The notes: generated by a model from the sequence alone, not told the origin. Shown: positions 33,096 through 42,769, counted from the stretch's first letter. The stretch: 43,904 bases of DNA from Thermoplasmata archaeon (GCA_030041735.1 JASIBA010000027.1:1-43904), one strand, 5' to 3'. Translations and numbers: made by a program.

Positions 33096-33998
33096 TCAGG
33101 CGAACAGGTCTTCCAAGGGGTTGCTCATCTCCCGCGCCTCGCGGACCCGGACGCCCTGCGCGTCCAGCTCCCGGAGCAGCCCGGGGACGGACTCCGGACC
33201 GGGCAGCTCTCGCAGGTAGTAGTCGCCCTGCCGCGTGAAGTCCGACAGGGCGGCGGGCGTCCCGGGATCGAGCACCCGGATGCCGATCACGTAGTGCTCG
33301 CCGCGAAGGTTCTCGATCCGGTCGAACAAGGCCAGGCGCCCGCCTTTGATCGCGATCACGTAGCGGCCGATCTCCCGGGCCTCGAACAGGTTGTGCGACG
33401 AGTACAGGACGATCTTCTCGTGGCTGAGCGAAAGGATGAGCTCCCGGATCTCGCGGGAGAGCTTCGGGTCGAGGTTGGCCGTGGGCTCGTCCAAGAGATA
33501 GATCTCCCGCTCGTGCAGGAACACTCGGGCGATCGAGACCCGCTTGCGCTGACCTGCACTCAGCTGCGCCAGGTACCGGCCGGCCATCGGCTCGATGTCG
33601 AGCAACCGCAGCACCCGATCGACGTCGTCGAGCTCCGCGCGCTCGACCCGGGCGTAGAACCGGAGCGCCTCCCGGACGGTGAGCCCGTCGGGGATCCCGT
33701 CCATGTGGGACAGGTAGTGGAGGTGGTCGCGGGACGCCTGGACGTCGATCCGCTCCCCGCCCACGAGGACCTCCCCCTCGTACGGGCGGAGGATGCCCGC
33801 GAGCGTGCGGAAGAGCGTCGTCTTCCCGGCGCCGTTCGGACCGAGCACCACGTAGACGGCCGGCTCGTCGATGTCGAACGAGATGTCCTCGAGGACCCGG
33901 GACCCCAGATAGCCGGCGCTCACGCCCCGACAGGAGATTCCGGCGCGCGTCGCCGAGCGGACCGACGAGGGGCGCGAGAGCAGCGGATCGCTCGACAT
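33096..33998 (-). CDS. ABC transporter ATP-binding protein
   Basis: Walker A 'GPNGAGKTT', signature 'LSAGQRKRV', Walker B 'IYLLDEPTANLD'. Confidence 0.85.
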   Translation of the reverse strand: MSSDPLLSRPSSVRSATRAGISCRGVSAGYLGSRVLEDISFDIDEPAVYVVLGPNGAGKTTLFRTLAGILRPYEGEVLVGGERIDVQASRDHLHYLSHMDGIPDGLTVREALRFYARVERAELDDVDRVLRLLDIEPMAGRYLAQLSAGQRKRVSIARVFLHEREIYLLDEPTANLDPKLSREIRELILSLSHEKIVLYSSHNLFEAREIGRYVIAIKGGRLALFDRIENLRGEHYVIGIRVLDPGTPAALSDFTRQGDYYLRELPGPESVPGLLRELDAQGVRVREAREMSNPLEDLFA

Positions 33999-34010
33999 GG
34001 CCCCGAACCC

Positions 34011-34706
34011 CTACGCGGGCGAGAGGAGCCGCTCCCGCGGCATGAGGCGGCTTTCCAGCAGGAGGAGGACCGTGGCCAGCACGACCACGACCGCAACGGC
34101 GCCGATCAGCACGTAGATCCGAACCCCCGGCCCGGCCCCTTCGGCGGCCACGAGGGCGAGCCCGCCCGGAGCGATCCCCAGCATCGGCAGCAGGCCGAGC
34201 GGGCTGTTCATCCCCGTGCGCGGGCTCGACAACGAGGTCCAGTACATGCCGGCGGCCGTGGTCAGCGCCGTGGCCCCGAAGCTCATCGGCAGCGAGTAGC
34301 CCAACAGCGCCTCCGTGAACGCGAGCGGGACGGCGAGCCCGAGCGCCGCACGCAGGGAGAGCGCGACCGCGAGCGTGAGCCCGTCGACGACCCCCACCAT
34401 CGTGAGCGCGGCGGCGAGGACGTTCACGAAGATCCGGTGGGTGGGCACGCCGTACGCGATCAGGTACTCGAACACCCCCTTCGTGCGGTCGTTCGTGAAC
34501 ACGAGCATCGGGCCGGCGGTGCCGATGGTGCCGAGCACCGGCAGGAGGAGCGGGAACAGCGAGGCGAAGGCGCCCCCCGAGGTGAGGCTGAGCAGCGTCC
34601 CCCAGACCAGGCTCGCCCCGGTCGCGACGACCAGGTTGACTCTCCCCACGATGAACGACCGACGGATGGTCGTCCTCAGGAGGGAAGGCAGCGGCTCGGA
34701 GGCCAT
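34011..34706 (-). CDS. ABC-transporter-associated permease-like membrane protein
   Basis: Six hydrophobic helices, located 12 nt upstream of the ATPase gene on the same strand. Confidence 0.65.
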   Translation of the reverse strand: MASEPLPSLLRTTIRRSFIVGRVNLVVATGASLVWGTLLSLTSGGAFASLFPLLLPVLGTIGTAGPMLVFTNDRTKGVFEYLIAYGVPTHRIFVNVLAAALTMVGVVDGLTLAVALSLRAALGLAVPLAFTEALLGYSLPMSFGATALTTAAGMYWTSLSSPRTGMNSPLGLLPMLGIAPGGLALVAAEGAGPGVRIYVLIGAVAVVVVLATVLLLLESRLMPRERLLSPA

Positions 34707-34859
34707 CGGAAGGCTTCGTACTCCCGGTGCGGAATAAGCGTGGCGAACCGCGGGCCGCCATCGGGGCCGACGGTGGCCGAGGAGCGATCACGGGCGCGGC
34801 GGCCCGTCGCCCCCGACCTCAGTCGGACCCGACCCCGCTCGGGAAACCGCGACACGCGC

Positions 34860-35255
34860 CTATCCGGTTGCCGCCGGGGTCGTAGCCGGCGACGCCAGAG
34901 GTGCCCCGCACTCGTGGCAGAACTTTCCGGAACGCGTCGACTGAAGCGAGTGACAGTTGGGGCAGACGACGTGGACGGGGCGCACGTGATCGGCCGACGG
35001 CGTACGGTCGTCGATGACGTCGACGCCGTACATCCCGAGTCCGAGCGCGGGCATCGGAAACCGACCGCCGTGATCGTCCAACCGACCGCGCACGAGCCAG
35101 AACTGGAGCGGGAGGACCAGGGCGCCGGTCAAGGCGAGCGCGACGACGAAGGCGATGGCCAGGCCCACCGAGACCAGGAGGCCGACCAAGCCGAACGCGG
35201 CGGTCAACGCGATCCAACCGACGACGAGGGCACGGCGGTAGGCGCTGTAGTACAT
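34860..35255 (-). CDS. Two-TM membrane protein with a C-terminal zinc ribbon
   Basis: 'MYYSAYRRALVVGWIALTAAFGLVGLLVSVGLAIAFVVALALTGALVLPL' followed by 'CPNCHSLQSTRSGKFCHEC'. Uses the internal ATG at 35255. Confidence 0.6.
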   Translation of the reverse strand: MYYSAYRRALVVGWIALTAAFGLVGLLVSVGLAIAFVVALALTGALVLPLQFWLVRGRLDDHGGRFPMPALGLGMYGVDVIDDRTPSADHVRPVHVVCPNCHSLQSTRSGKFCHECGAPLASPATTPAATG

Positions 35256-35432
35256 CCTGGGACCGGGGCGCCACGGGGTATCGCCCGGACTCCGTAAAGT
35301 CTCCCCCCGGTCGCTCGGATGGGACTCCCGCGCGGAGCCGAGGCTTGGCGCGAGCATTCCCGCCCTCCGACCCGTTCGGCACACGCCGCGACCGGCGGCG
35401 GCGTTTCCGGCGCCCGTGAGAAAGTGGCCCTA

Positions 35433-38400
35433 ATGTTTATGCGGGGGTCGCGGTGCCGCCCGCGGCAGGCCAACCCGCCCATGGACGAGAATTCCGGGAA
35501 CGATGCGACCCACTACCGCCGAACGAAGCGAGGACCGGTGCTGGCGACGCTCGCCGTGCTGGTCATCCTCCTCGGCGCCGCCTACGCGTACGGTCACGAG
35601 GGCATCCCTGCTTCCCCGGGGTCCCCGTCAGCCTCCTCGTCCGCTCCCGCGGCGCATGCCGCGGCGCAGCCCACGTCTACCCCGACCGCCGGGGCCTGCC
35701 AGCAGCAGGGAACCTCGGCCAGCCCGGACAACGGCGCGCGCGCGGCGGGCGATCCGACGCCCAGCGCCACCGGTCCCGGTCCGCTGTTCAACTCCCAGAT
35801 GCAGCCGTACGCCACGCTCACCGGTCCCTACTCCTACGTCGCCGGGGGCGCGGCGCTCCGGGACCAGGGGTACGGCGCGATCGATCTCACCTGGACCGGC
35901 GGCTCGACCGCCAACCTCGTCGCGGCCTACATGGTCTGGTCCATCCTGAACAACTCCGTCCCCCCCGACAACGCCACGCTCAACGGGCACCCGGTCACCG
36001 GGACCTGGACCGCGTACGCGACGCCGTCGCCGTGCTGGGCGCCCACGTACATCTACACGTTCATCGCCGACGTCACCAGCGATGTGGTGTACGGGAACAA
36101 CACGCTCTCGGGTTTCCCCTCGGGCAACACCGACGGCGGAAGCCCCTGGGTCGACAACGAGATCGACCCGCTGGACGAGGGGGCCTCGCTGATCGCGATC
36201 TTCACGAACGGCTCCGACCTCCACGAGGTCACGGTCTACACGGGCGCGCTCCCGATCGGGAACACCGCGCCCGACACGCAGACGAGCCAGCTCAACTACT
36301 CGACCACGAACTCCTCGACCGCCGAGTCGACCTTCATCGTTGCCGACGGCCAGCTCCCCGACAACCCGGCCTCCTGGAACGGGACCGTGGTCGACTCCAA
36401 CGCCTTCTACGGCTCGGACCCGAAGGAGAGCCACCAGACCTGGGCCGAGGGTAACCTCTCCGACACCGTCACATTCAACAACCTGCCGGTCCGGGTCGGC
36501 GGCAACAACACCACCGCCGCCGCCGGCTCGGGAGGGGACGACTGCCTCACGTGGGTCGGCCAGGTCCTCAGCGTCGGGGTCGCCGCGAAGAAGGGGCCCT
36601 ACGCGGTCAAGTTTGTCGAGCAGGGTCTTCCGAGCGGGGCGTCCTGGAACGTCACGACGGACAGCAAGACGAAGGACGGCACCGCGGGCTCGGGCCCAAC
36701 CGCGATCGCGTTCTCGCTGGCCAACGGGACCTACAGCTACAGCGTCGGAAACCCCGCCGGATATCTGACCGCCCCGCTCTCCGGGACCTACACCGTGGCC
36801 GGCGGACCGATCACGATCCGGATCATCTTCCACGCGTTCGTGTATCCGCTGCTGTTCGTCGAGACCGGCCTGCCCAGCGGAACCGATTGGTGGGTCGACC
36901 TCACCAACTCGTCGCAGTCCCTGACCTCGAACCTCAGCGTGTACAGTCCCGCCCCGATCGGCTACAACGTCTCGAACGGATCCTTCGACTACATCACCGG
37001 CGATATCGGGCTGTACCTGCCCGACGCGGGCAGTGGGACCGTGACGATCGCGGGCACGAGCCTGGTGGTCACCATCGCCTTCCGTCCCCCGCCGCTCTAC
37101 ACCGTGACCTTCGTCGAGCAGAACCTCACGCTCCCGACCCCGTGGGGCGCGTACGTGTACTCGAACTGGGAGGACACGGAGAACCTCACCAGCGACGCGT
37201 CGTACATCCTCGCCCTTCCGAACGCGACCTACGGGACGGACTACGCGCTCCCCGTCGGGGTGCCGGGCTTCACCCACGCGACCGAGATCTACTTCGGCGT
37301 CGACGGGGGCCCCGTCACGGTCTATGTGAACTACACCCAGGTCTACGGCGTCCGGTTCGTCGAGACCGGTCTGCCGTCGGACACCGGCTGGGAGGTCTAC
37401 GTCAGCGGACCGGACTACTCCGACTACGGGTACACCACCAACGGTACGGTCTACTTCTCGCTCCCGAACGGGACGTACACGTTCGACGTGGACCCGGTCT
37501 ACGCCTACGTCGCGACGCCCGCGAGCGGGTCGATCCCGGTGGCCGGGGCGAACTACACCCAGGACATCCTGTTCACGCTCGCGGCGACCTACGCGCTGAC
37601 CGTTCAGGAGACGGGCCTCGCCACGGGGTCGAACTGGTCCGTGACGCTCGAACTGCCGAACGACACGTACGAGGCGAAGTACTCGACCGGCCCGTCGATC
37701 ACGTTCCAGGTGGCGAACGGGTCGTACTACTGGGAGCCGAAGGCGACCGGCTTTCAGCCGAACGTGACCGAGGGGTACCTCTACGTCGAGGGCGCCCCGG
37801 TCGACGGGTTCGTCCTGTTCACGCAGGTGTTCGCCGTCACGTTCGAGGAGACCGGCCTGCCCACCGGCAGCTTCTGGGAGCTGTACTACGCCGACGCGTA
37901 CATCTACAGCTACGGCTCGACGATCGTGGCCAACGAACCGAACGGAGACTACCAGTTCGACGCGTACGAGGAGTACGGATTCTCGCCCGACCCGACCGCG
38001 GGCTGGGTCAACGTCACCGGAGCGGCCGCGGAGCAGACGATCGCGTTCACGGACCCCGACGAACCGGTGTATTCGCTCACGTTCACCGAGACCGGGCTCA
38101 CCGCCGGGACGAACTGGACGGCCTACGTCAACGACGTGGCCCTCTACTCCCTCACGACCTCGATCGTGTTCACCGAGCCGGACGGAACGTACTCGTTCTC
38201 CGTGCCGGACGCCGACGGGCTCGCCCCGAACGTCACGAGCGGGTACGCGGACATCTCGGGCGCGAACGTGCTGGTGCCGCTGCAGTTCGGCGCGCCGGCG
38301 GGCTCCTTCACCGTGACGTTCACGGAATCCGGGCTGCCGAGCGGGGCCACGTGGTACATCAACATCACCGGGGAGAGCCCGCTCTCGGCGATCGTCGACG

Positions 38401-39254
38401 GGAGCTCGGGCACGACGATCGAGACGGCGCTCGTCAACGCGTCGTACACCTACACCGCGACGACCGATGAGGCCGGCTGGACGTCGCCGGGCGGTACCTT
38501 CCAGGTCCAGGGCGTGGCCCTCCAGATCCCGGTGCCGTACACCGCGGCCGCGCCCGGTACTTTCCTGGTGACGTTCACGGAAACCGGGCTGCCGACCGGC
38601 TCGACGTGGTACGTGAACATCACCGGCGAGCCGTCGCTCAGCGCCACCGTCTCGAGCTCCGGCGGCACGACGGTGTCGATCTCCCTCGCCGACGGCAGCT
38701 ACTCGTTCACGGCGGCGACCAGCAACCGCGCGTGGACCACGGCGAGCGGCGGACCGTTCACGGTGAGTGGCGCGCCCGTGGACGAGGCCGTTACCTTCAC
38801 GGCCGCCCCCACCTACACGGTGACGTTCCAGGAAACCGGTCTTCCGAACGGCGCGACGTGGTACGTCAACGTCTCCGGCCAGAGCCTTCGCGCCACGGTG
38901 AGCGGGTCGAGCGGGACCTCCCTCACGATCTCGCTCCTGGACGGTGGGTACTCCGTCACGGCGGCGAGCGCGTGGAAGAACTGGTCGACGACCAGCCCCT
39001 TCACGCTCACGGTCAGTGGCGCGGCGAAGACCGTCCCGGTCGCCTTCGCGGCCTCGAACTCGGGCAGCTCCGGATCCGGCCTGGGTGGGCTCACGCTGTG
39101 GATCGGGCTCGCGGTCCTCGTGATCGCGCTCTTGGCGCTCTTCCTCCTGCTCGCGGCCCGCCGCCGCAAGAAGAAGGAGCCGCCGACCTCGGCCGGCACC
39201 GACACCGCCGGAGCGGGCGGCGCGCCCCCTCCTCCCCCGGGCAGCTCGCCCTAG
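35433..39254 (+). CDS. Giant cell-surface glycoprotein: N-terminal anchor/signal, non-repeat beta-rich domain, 10 'ETGLPxGxxW' domains, TM anchor and Pro-rich tail
   Basis: TM 'VLATLAVLVILLGAAYAY', a very high density of NxS/T sequons, C-terminal TM 'LTLWIGLAVLVIALLALFLLLAA' followed by 'RRRKKK' and 'APPPPPGSSP'. The start is ambiguous (ATG at 35319, 35433, 35439 or 35481). The AT-rich 'ctaatgtttat' at 35429-35439 may be the TATA box, which would favour 35481. Confidence 0.8.
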   Translation: MFMRGSRCRPRQANPPMDENSGNDATHYRRTKRGPVLATLAVLVILLGAAYAYGHEGIPASPGSPSASSSAPAAHAAAQPTSTPTAGACQQQGTSASPDNGARAAGDPTPSATGPGPLFNSQMQPYATLTGPYSYVAGGAALRDQGYGAIDLTWTGGSTANLVAAYMVWSILNNSVPPDNATLNGHPVTGTWTAYATPSPCWAPTYIYTFIADVTSDVVYGNNTLSGFPSGNTDGGSPWVDNEIDPLDEGASLIAIFTNGSDLHEVTVYTGALPIGNTAPDTQTSQLNYSTTNSSTAESTFIVADGQLPDNPASWNGTVVDSNAFYGSDPKESHQTWAEGNLSDTVTFNNLPVRVGGNNTTAAAGSGGDDCLTWVGQVLSVGVAAKKGPYAVKFVEQGLPSGASWNVTTDSKTKDGTAGSGPTAIAFSLANGTYSYSVGNPAGYLTAPLSGTYTVAGGPITIRIIFHAFVYPLLFVETGLPSGTDWWVDLTNSSQSLTSNLSVYSPAPIGYNVSNGSFDYITGDIGLYLPDAGSGTVTIAGTSLVVTIAFRPPPLYTVTFVEQNLTLPTPWGAYVYSNWEDTENLTSDASYILALPNATYGTDYALPVGVPGFTHATEIYFGVDGGPVTVYVNYTQVYGVRFVETGLPSDTGWEVYVSGPDYSDYGYTTNGTVYFSLPNGTYTFDVDPVYAYVATPASGSIPVAGANYTQDILFTLAATYALTVQETGLATGSNWSVTLELPNDTYEAKYSTGPSITFQVANGSYYWEPKATGFQPNVTEGYLYVEGAPVDGFVLFTQVFAVTFEETGLPTGSFWELYYADAYIYSYGSTIVANEPNGDYQFDAYEEYGFSPDPTAGWVNVTGAAAEQTIAFTDPDEPVYSLTFTETGLTAGTNWTAYVNDVALYSLTTSIVFTEPDGTYSFSVPDADGLAPNVTSGYADISGANVLVPLQFGAPAGSFTVTFTESGLPSGATWYINITGESPLSAIVDGSSGTTIETALVNASYTYTATTDEAGWTSPGGTFQVQGVALQIPVPYTAAAPGTFLVTFTETGLPTGSTWYVNITGEPSLSATVSSSGGTTVSISLADGSYSFTAATSNRAWTTASGGPFTVSGAPVDEAVTFTAAPTYTVTFQETGLPNGATWYVNVSGQSLRATVSGSSGTSLTISLLDGGYSVTAASAWKNWSTTSPFTLTVSGAAKTVPVAFAASNSGSSGSGLGGLTLWIGLAVLVIALLALFLLLAARRRKKKEPPTSAGTDTAGAGGAPPPPPGSSP
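36599..39054 (+). repeat. Ten tandem domain repeats of about 80-95 aa; the last three (from 38307, 38562 and 38814) are near-identical at DNA level at their 5' ends
   Basis: Examples: 'FVEQGLPSGASW', 'FVETGLPSGTDW', 'FVETGLPSDTGW', 'VQETGLATGSNW', 'FEETGLPTGSFW', 'FTETGLTAGTNW', 'FTESGLPSGATWYINITGE', 'FTETGLPTGSTWYVNITGE', 'FQETGLPNGATWYVNVSGQ'. The period of the last three is 255 and 252 bp. Confidence 0.75.
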
Positions 39255-39503
39255 GCGCGCCTCGGTGGCCCGGGGGCTGCCCTATCGCCGTCGCCCATCG
39301 CCCCGGTCTTCGGCCGGGGGACCGGCGCGAGGACGGTCCGAGGGGCCGCGCGGGGGTCCGGCGCGATCGGGCGCTCTAGGAACGGCGCAGGGGCGCAGTC
39401 CCCGGCGTGGGCCGGCGCGCGCGGGAACCCCCGCCGCCGAAGCTCACCCTCGGAGACGGAAGTTAGTTATCGCGCGCGGGCATGCCCCGGTCGCCGTCCC
39501 GAT

Positions 39504-40820
39504 ATGAACGACCGGCGAGGGCGAATGGCGCTGGCCGCGATCTTCGGCCTGGCCCTGGCGGCGCTCGCCGTCACCGCCTCGGCCGCGGAGACCTCCGCAT
39601 CGGGCGCCGGCTCCCAAGGCTCGTTCGGTCTCATCGCCACGGTCCCCCTCAACGTCGTGGGCGGGCCCTGGAGCCTGGGGCTCAACCCGGTCGATGGCGA
39701 CCTGTACATCGGGCTCTCGCCCGCCTTCTCGGGCACCGGGCTGGTCGTGGTCGTCTCTTCGACCACCGACGCGGTGCTCGGATCGGTCGCGACCTCGCAA
39801 GATCCGCTCGACACGGCCACCGACCCCGTGAACGGCAACACGTACGTGCCGAACTACGTCGGGTACAACATCACCGTGATCTCGGGAGCGACCGCTCCGA
39901 CGGCATCGAACCTGTCGGTCGGTACGGACCCACAGACGGTCGCGTTCGATCCTGCGAACGGCGACCTCTACGTGGGAACGGCCGCGGCGATCGTGGTGCT
40001 CTCGGGATCTTCGAACTCGGTCGTGGCGACGATCCCGACGGACGAGGGCGTGAGCGACCTCGTGTACGCTCCCTCCACGACCGAGATCTATGCGCTCGTG
40101 GGCGACAACGTGACCGTCGTATCGTCGGCAACGAACACCGTGACGTCCTCCATCCCCTTGCCGGGCAGCCGGTTGGGGCCGGGGCAGTCCGTGCTCTACC
40201 CCATGCTGCTGGATCCGGCGACCGGCGACCTCTACATCGGCGTGAGCGTGGACTCGAGCGATCTGATCTCGACGGCGGTCGTCTCGACCCTCACGGATTC
40301 GGTGCTGGCCACCATCCTGAACACGGGAGAGCCGGTCGCGGCCGGTGCGGGCGACGTCGTCTATGGCTTCGCGCCCGGCGCACCGGCGAACGTGTCCGTG
40401 ATCTCGGGGTCCGCCAACAGCGTGACGACCACGTTCGGCCTGAGCCAGGACGATTTCGATCTGATCTACGACTCCGCCAATGGGGGCCTCGTCGCCTTCC
40501 CCACCAACCCCGACGGGAACGACCTCGAGCTCCTGTCCGGGGCGACCGGTCGCGTCGAGACGACGGTGGACCTCCCGAGGGACAGCGCCGGGGACGGGGG
40601 CTTCGGCCTCTACGACCCGGCGAACGGACGCGTGTACCTCGTTTCGGGTCTCACCGACCTCACGCTGTTCGCCTTTGGACCGGTCTCCGCGCCTGGGGCG
40701 GGCCCCTTCGCGACCGTGACCTTCGTCGAGGGGATCGCGCTCGGAGGAACTCTCGTCGCGGCGACCGCAGCCGGCCTGATGCTCTGGCAACGCCGTCGCG
40801 CGCGTCGCCTCGCCCCCTAG
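39504..40820 (+). CDS. YVTN-family beta-propeller repeat surface protein with signal peptide and C-terminal TM anchor
   Basis: Signal 'MALAAIFGLALAALAVTASA'. Repeated units of about 40 aa ('NPVDGDLYIG', 'DPVNGNTYVPN', 'DPANGDLYVG', 'DPATGDLYIG', 'DPANGRVYLV'). C-terminal 'GGTLVAATAAGLMLW' followed by 'QRRRARR'. Confidence 0.8.
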   Translation: MNDRRGRMALAAIFGLALAALAVTASAAETSASGAGSQGSFGLIATVPLNVVGGPWSLGLNPVDGDLYIGLSPAFSGTGLVVVVSSTTDAVLGSVATSQDPLDTATDPVNGNTYVPNYVGYNITVISGATAPTASNLSVGTDPQTVAFDPANGDLYVGTAAAIVVLSGSSNSVVATIPTDEGVSDLVYAPSTTEIYALVGDNVTVVSSATNTVTSSIPLPGSRLGPGQSVLYPMLLDPATGDLYIGVSVDSSDLISTAVVSTLTDSVLATILNTGEPVAAGAGDVVYGFAPGAPANVSVISGSANSVTTTFGLSQDDFDLIYDSANGGLVAFPTNPDGNDLELLSGATGRVETTVDLPRDSAGDGGFGLYDPANGRVYLVSGLTDLTLFAFGPVSAPGAGPFATVTFVEGIALGGTLVAATAAGLMLWQRRRARRLAP

Positions 40821-40842
40821 CGGCGGAGCCAGCGGCGGGACC

Positions 40843-41334
40843 GTGAGCGTCCGCAGTCGGCCGATCCCTACCGGTGTGAACCTGGTGTACTTCGAGGACC
40901 GAGGAGCCGTGTACGACGCTCCGCCCGACGTGGTCTGGGACTTCATGACCAAAGACCAGACGTTCCATCCCCGGGCGCACAAGGGCTCCGTTCGTAAGTT
41001 CCGTAGCCGGAAGCTCTCGGACGTCAGCGAGCTCCTCTCGTGGGAGGAGCGGGAGGGGCGGTCCTGGCGAGCGAGGTCGGCCCGGATGACGGAGATTCGA
41101 CCCGCCGTTCGCATCCAAGAAGACCTCGACGGCCGATACGCAGGATCGACGCTGGTGTTCCTGTACGCTCCGCTGGGCCGGAAGACCCGCGTCGACGTGC
41201 TGTGCTACATGAGGTCCACGGAACAGACTCCCCGACAGATCGAGGCTTGGTGGCGCCGGAACTTTGCCGACAACTTCCGAGAGGATCGACCCTGGCTCCG
41301 GAGGTACGCGAAGTCGGTGAGGCGCTCCCCCTGA
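40843..41334 (+). CDS. Hypothetical protein, possibly SRPBCC-fold
   Basis: GTG start 22 nt after the upstream stop, with protein-like composition. 'YDAPPDVVWDFMTKDQTF' resembles the N-terminal strand/helix of SRPBCC proteins. Weak call. Confidence 0.5.
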   Translation: MSVRSRPIPTGVNLVYFEDRGAVYDAPPDVVWDFMTKDQTFHPRAHKGSVRKFRSRKLSDVSELLSWEEREGRSWRARSARMTEIRPAVRIQEDLDGRYAGSTLVFLYAPLGRKTRVDVLCYMRSTEQTPRQIEAWWRRNFADNFREDRPWLRRYAKSVRRSP

Positions 41335-41440
41335 GGAACCGGGGATCGCTCGGCGCTCGTTCGTTTCCGGACGGGAGCGTGCGGTATCCTGAGCGCGCGA
41401 TGTGACCCGGCGGGTGCCCCAATGGACACCGAGGCGGGAT

Positions 41441-41965
41441 CTACCCGGGCCACCAGGCGATGGGCGGCGGGTCGACGTCCATCTGCCAGAAGAGCGCGTT
41501 GAGCTCCCCGAGGTGCTGGAGCTCCTCTTCGTGCATGTGCCAGAGGATGTCGGCGAGACTCAGTTCGGCGTGGTACGGCTGCCCGTCCCCGCCGACTCCG
41601 TCGATCACGCACCGACGCCCGAGCGTCCCCGGTGTGAGCGACCTCAGCAGACGGCTCGTGATCCGGTCGACCCGAAGGCTCGTCCGCTGGAGCTCGGACG
41701 CGCGGAGCACCCGCGGGTCGAGCGCCCGGTACTCGGTCTGTCGGTCCTGGGGGACGAACTCGAACCACCAGAGAAAGTCGTCGAGGATGTGGACGAAGAT
41801 CGCGTGCATCGAGCCAAAGGAGGCGCCACGATCCTTCTCCCGATCCGCCGTCGGAAGGTCCAGCAGCGCGCGCAGATACTTGCGGCGCGCTCGCGCGCCC
41901 CACGCCGTCCACTCGCGCAGGAGCTCGAGCTCGCTCTTGGATCGCCGCGCGCCTCGCTTCGTCAT
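41441..41965 (-). CDS. DinB-family (four-helix bundle, His-triad) protein
   Basis: 'MHAIFVHILDDFLWW' and 'ILWHMHEEELQHLGEL'. The internal ATG at 41965 is used because the upstream part of the track ORF is R/S-rich and not protein-like. Confidence 0.7.
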   Translation of the reverse strand: MTKRGARRSKSELELLREWTAWGARARRKYLRALLDLPTADREKDRGASFGSMHAIFVHILDDFLWWFEFVPQDRQTEYRALDPRVLRASELQRTSLRVDRITSRLLRSLTPGTLGRRCVIDGVGGDGQPYHAELSLADILWHMHEEELQHLGELNALFWQMDVDPPPIAWWPG

Positions 41966-42160
41966 GGTTCGCGATCTCAAGCACCGGTGCCGGCGAAGTT
42001 CGGCTCGGCCTTTAGGGCTCCAGGGGCCAAGCTGCGGGCTCCGGGGTCCGGGCCGGGGGCGTCGTCTGTGGTCGGTCCGACTCGGACGACCGCGTGCGAC
42101 GGGGCGGCCGTGGCCGTCCCTTCGATCGGAGAGAAGTCGAACTCCTTCGTTTTTCACAAA

Positions 42161-42191
42161 TGTTAAACAATAAATAAATAGCAGTTTAACA
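42161..42191 (+). promoter_or_regulatory. Promoter/operator: perfect 8-bp inverted repeat TGTTAAAC-N15-GTTTAACA bracketing the TATA box AATAAATAAATA
   Basis: The arms lie at 42161-42168 and 42184-42191. The TATA centre is about 29 nt upstream of the GTG at 42204, so the RHH regulator gene is leaderless or nearly so. Confidence 0.6.
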
Positions 42192-42203
42192 CCTCTCACC
42201 GCC

Positions 42204-42602
42204 GTGCGGACTGCTCGGGCCGACGCTCCGGCGACCCGATTCTTGGGCGTGCGCCTCACGCTCGAGGAGGAGGCGCTCCTCGAACAGTTCCGGTCGGAGA
42301 ACGAACTCGCGAACCGCTCGGAGGCGGTGCGGACGCTGGTGCGGCGGGCCACGGAAACGCGGCCGCCGGACGTCGCGCTCCCCGTCACCCTGCGCCACGA
42401 GCTCGAGGACCTGATCGAAGAGGGGTACGTCCAGAGCCTCGACAGCGCGGTGACGCTGCTCGTGAACCTGGGCCTGACCGAGATGGAGCGGATCCACGCC
42501 GAGCGGCTGGCGGCGCTGCGCGAGCACGCGCGCGCCTCCGCCGCGCGACGGGAGAGTCGGCGACGGGCGGATCGCGAGGGACGGGGACTCCTCGGGCGCT
42601 AG
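42204..42602 (+). CDS. Ribbon-helix-helix (CopG/Arc/MetJ-type) DNA-binding protein, apparently with two RHH-like halves
   Basis: 'RFLGVRLTLEEEALLEQFRSENELANRSEAVRTLVRRA' (beta strand and two helices), and a second similar segment 'VTLRHELEDLIEEGYVQSLDSAVTLLVNLGL'. Confidence 0.75.
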   Translation: MRTARADAPATRFLGVRLTLEEEALLEQFRSENELANRSEAVRTLVRRATETRPPDVALPVTLRHELEDLIEEGYVQSLDSAVTLLVNLGLTEMERIHAERLAALREHARASAARRESRRRADREGRGLLGR

Positions 42603-42769
42603 GTCCCCACGAGCGGGTTGGGTTGCAACATGGAGACCATCGGGAAAGCGTGGAGCGCGCGGAGCGGGTTCATCTGCCGACTGTGCCGTCAGGACGCCAA
42701 GCATAATGAGGTGCTGCACATCTCGTATTGCCCCGTCCACGGGCTGAGCTCCCCGCTCGATGCGCTGCC

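Noticed and set aside
36599-39054. Periodic DNA repeats, considered as a CRISPR array or satellite.
   Set aside because: The period is about 252-255 bp. It is entirely in frame inside a long ORF with protein-level repeat conservation. There are no short direct repeats with unique spacers, so these are coding domain repeats.
42131-42150. A tRNA T-arm-like string (gaagtcgaactccttc), and a general scan of all intergenic regions for tRNA or rRNA genes.
   Set aside because: No acceptor, D or anticodon arms can be built around it on either strand. No other intergenic region contains a GGTTCGAATCC-type T-loop context.
16910-42200. AT-rich patches (16910-16955, 30990-31015, 42150-42195), considered as borders of a horizontally acquired island or mobile element.
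   Set aside because: Each patch is under 50 bp and sits exactly at promoter distance from start codons. No integrase, transposase, flanking direct repeats or tRNA target is present, and I saw no obvious compositional shift in the flanking genes.
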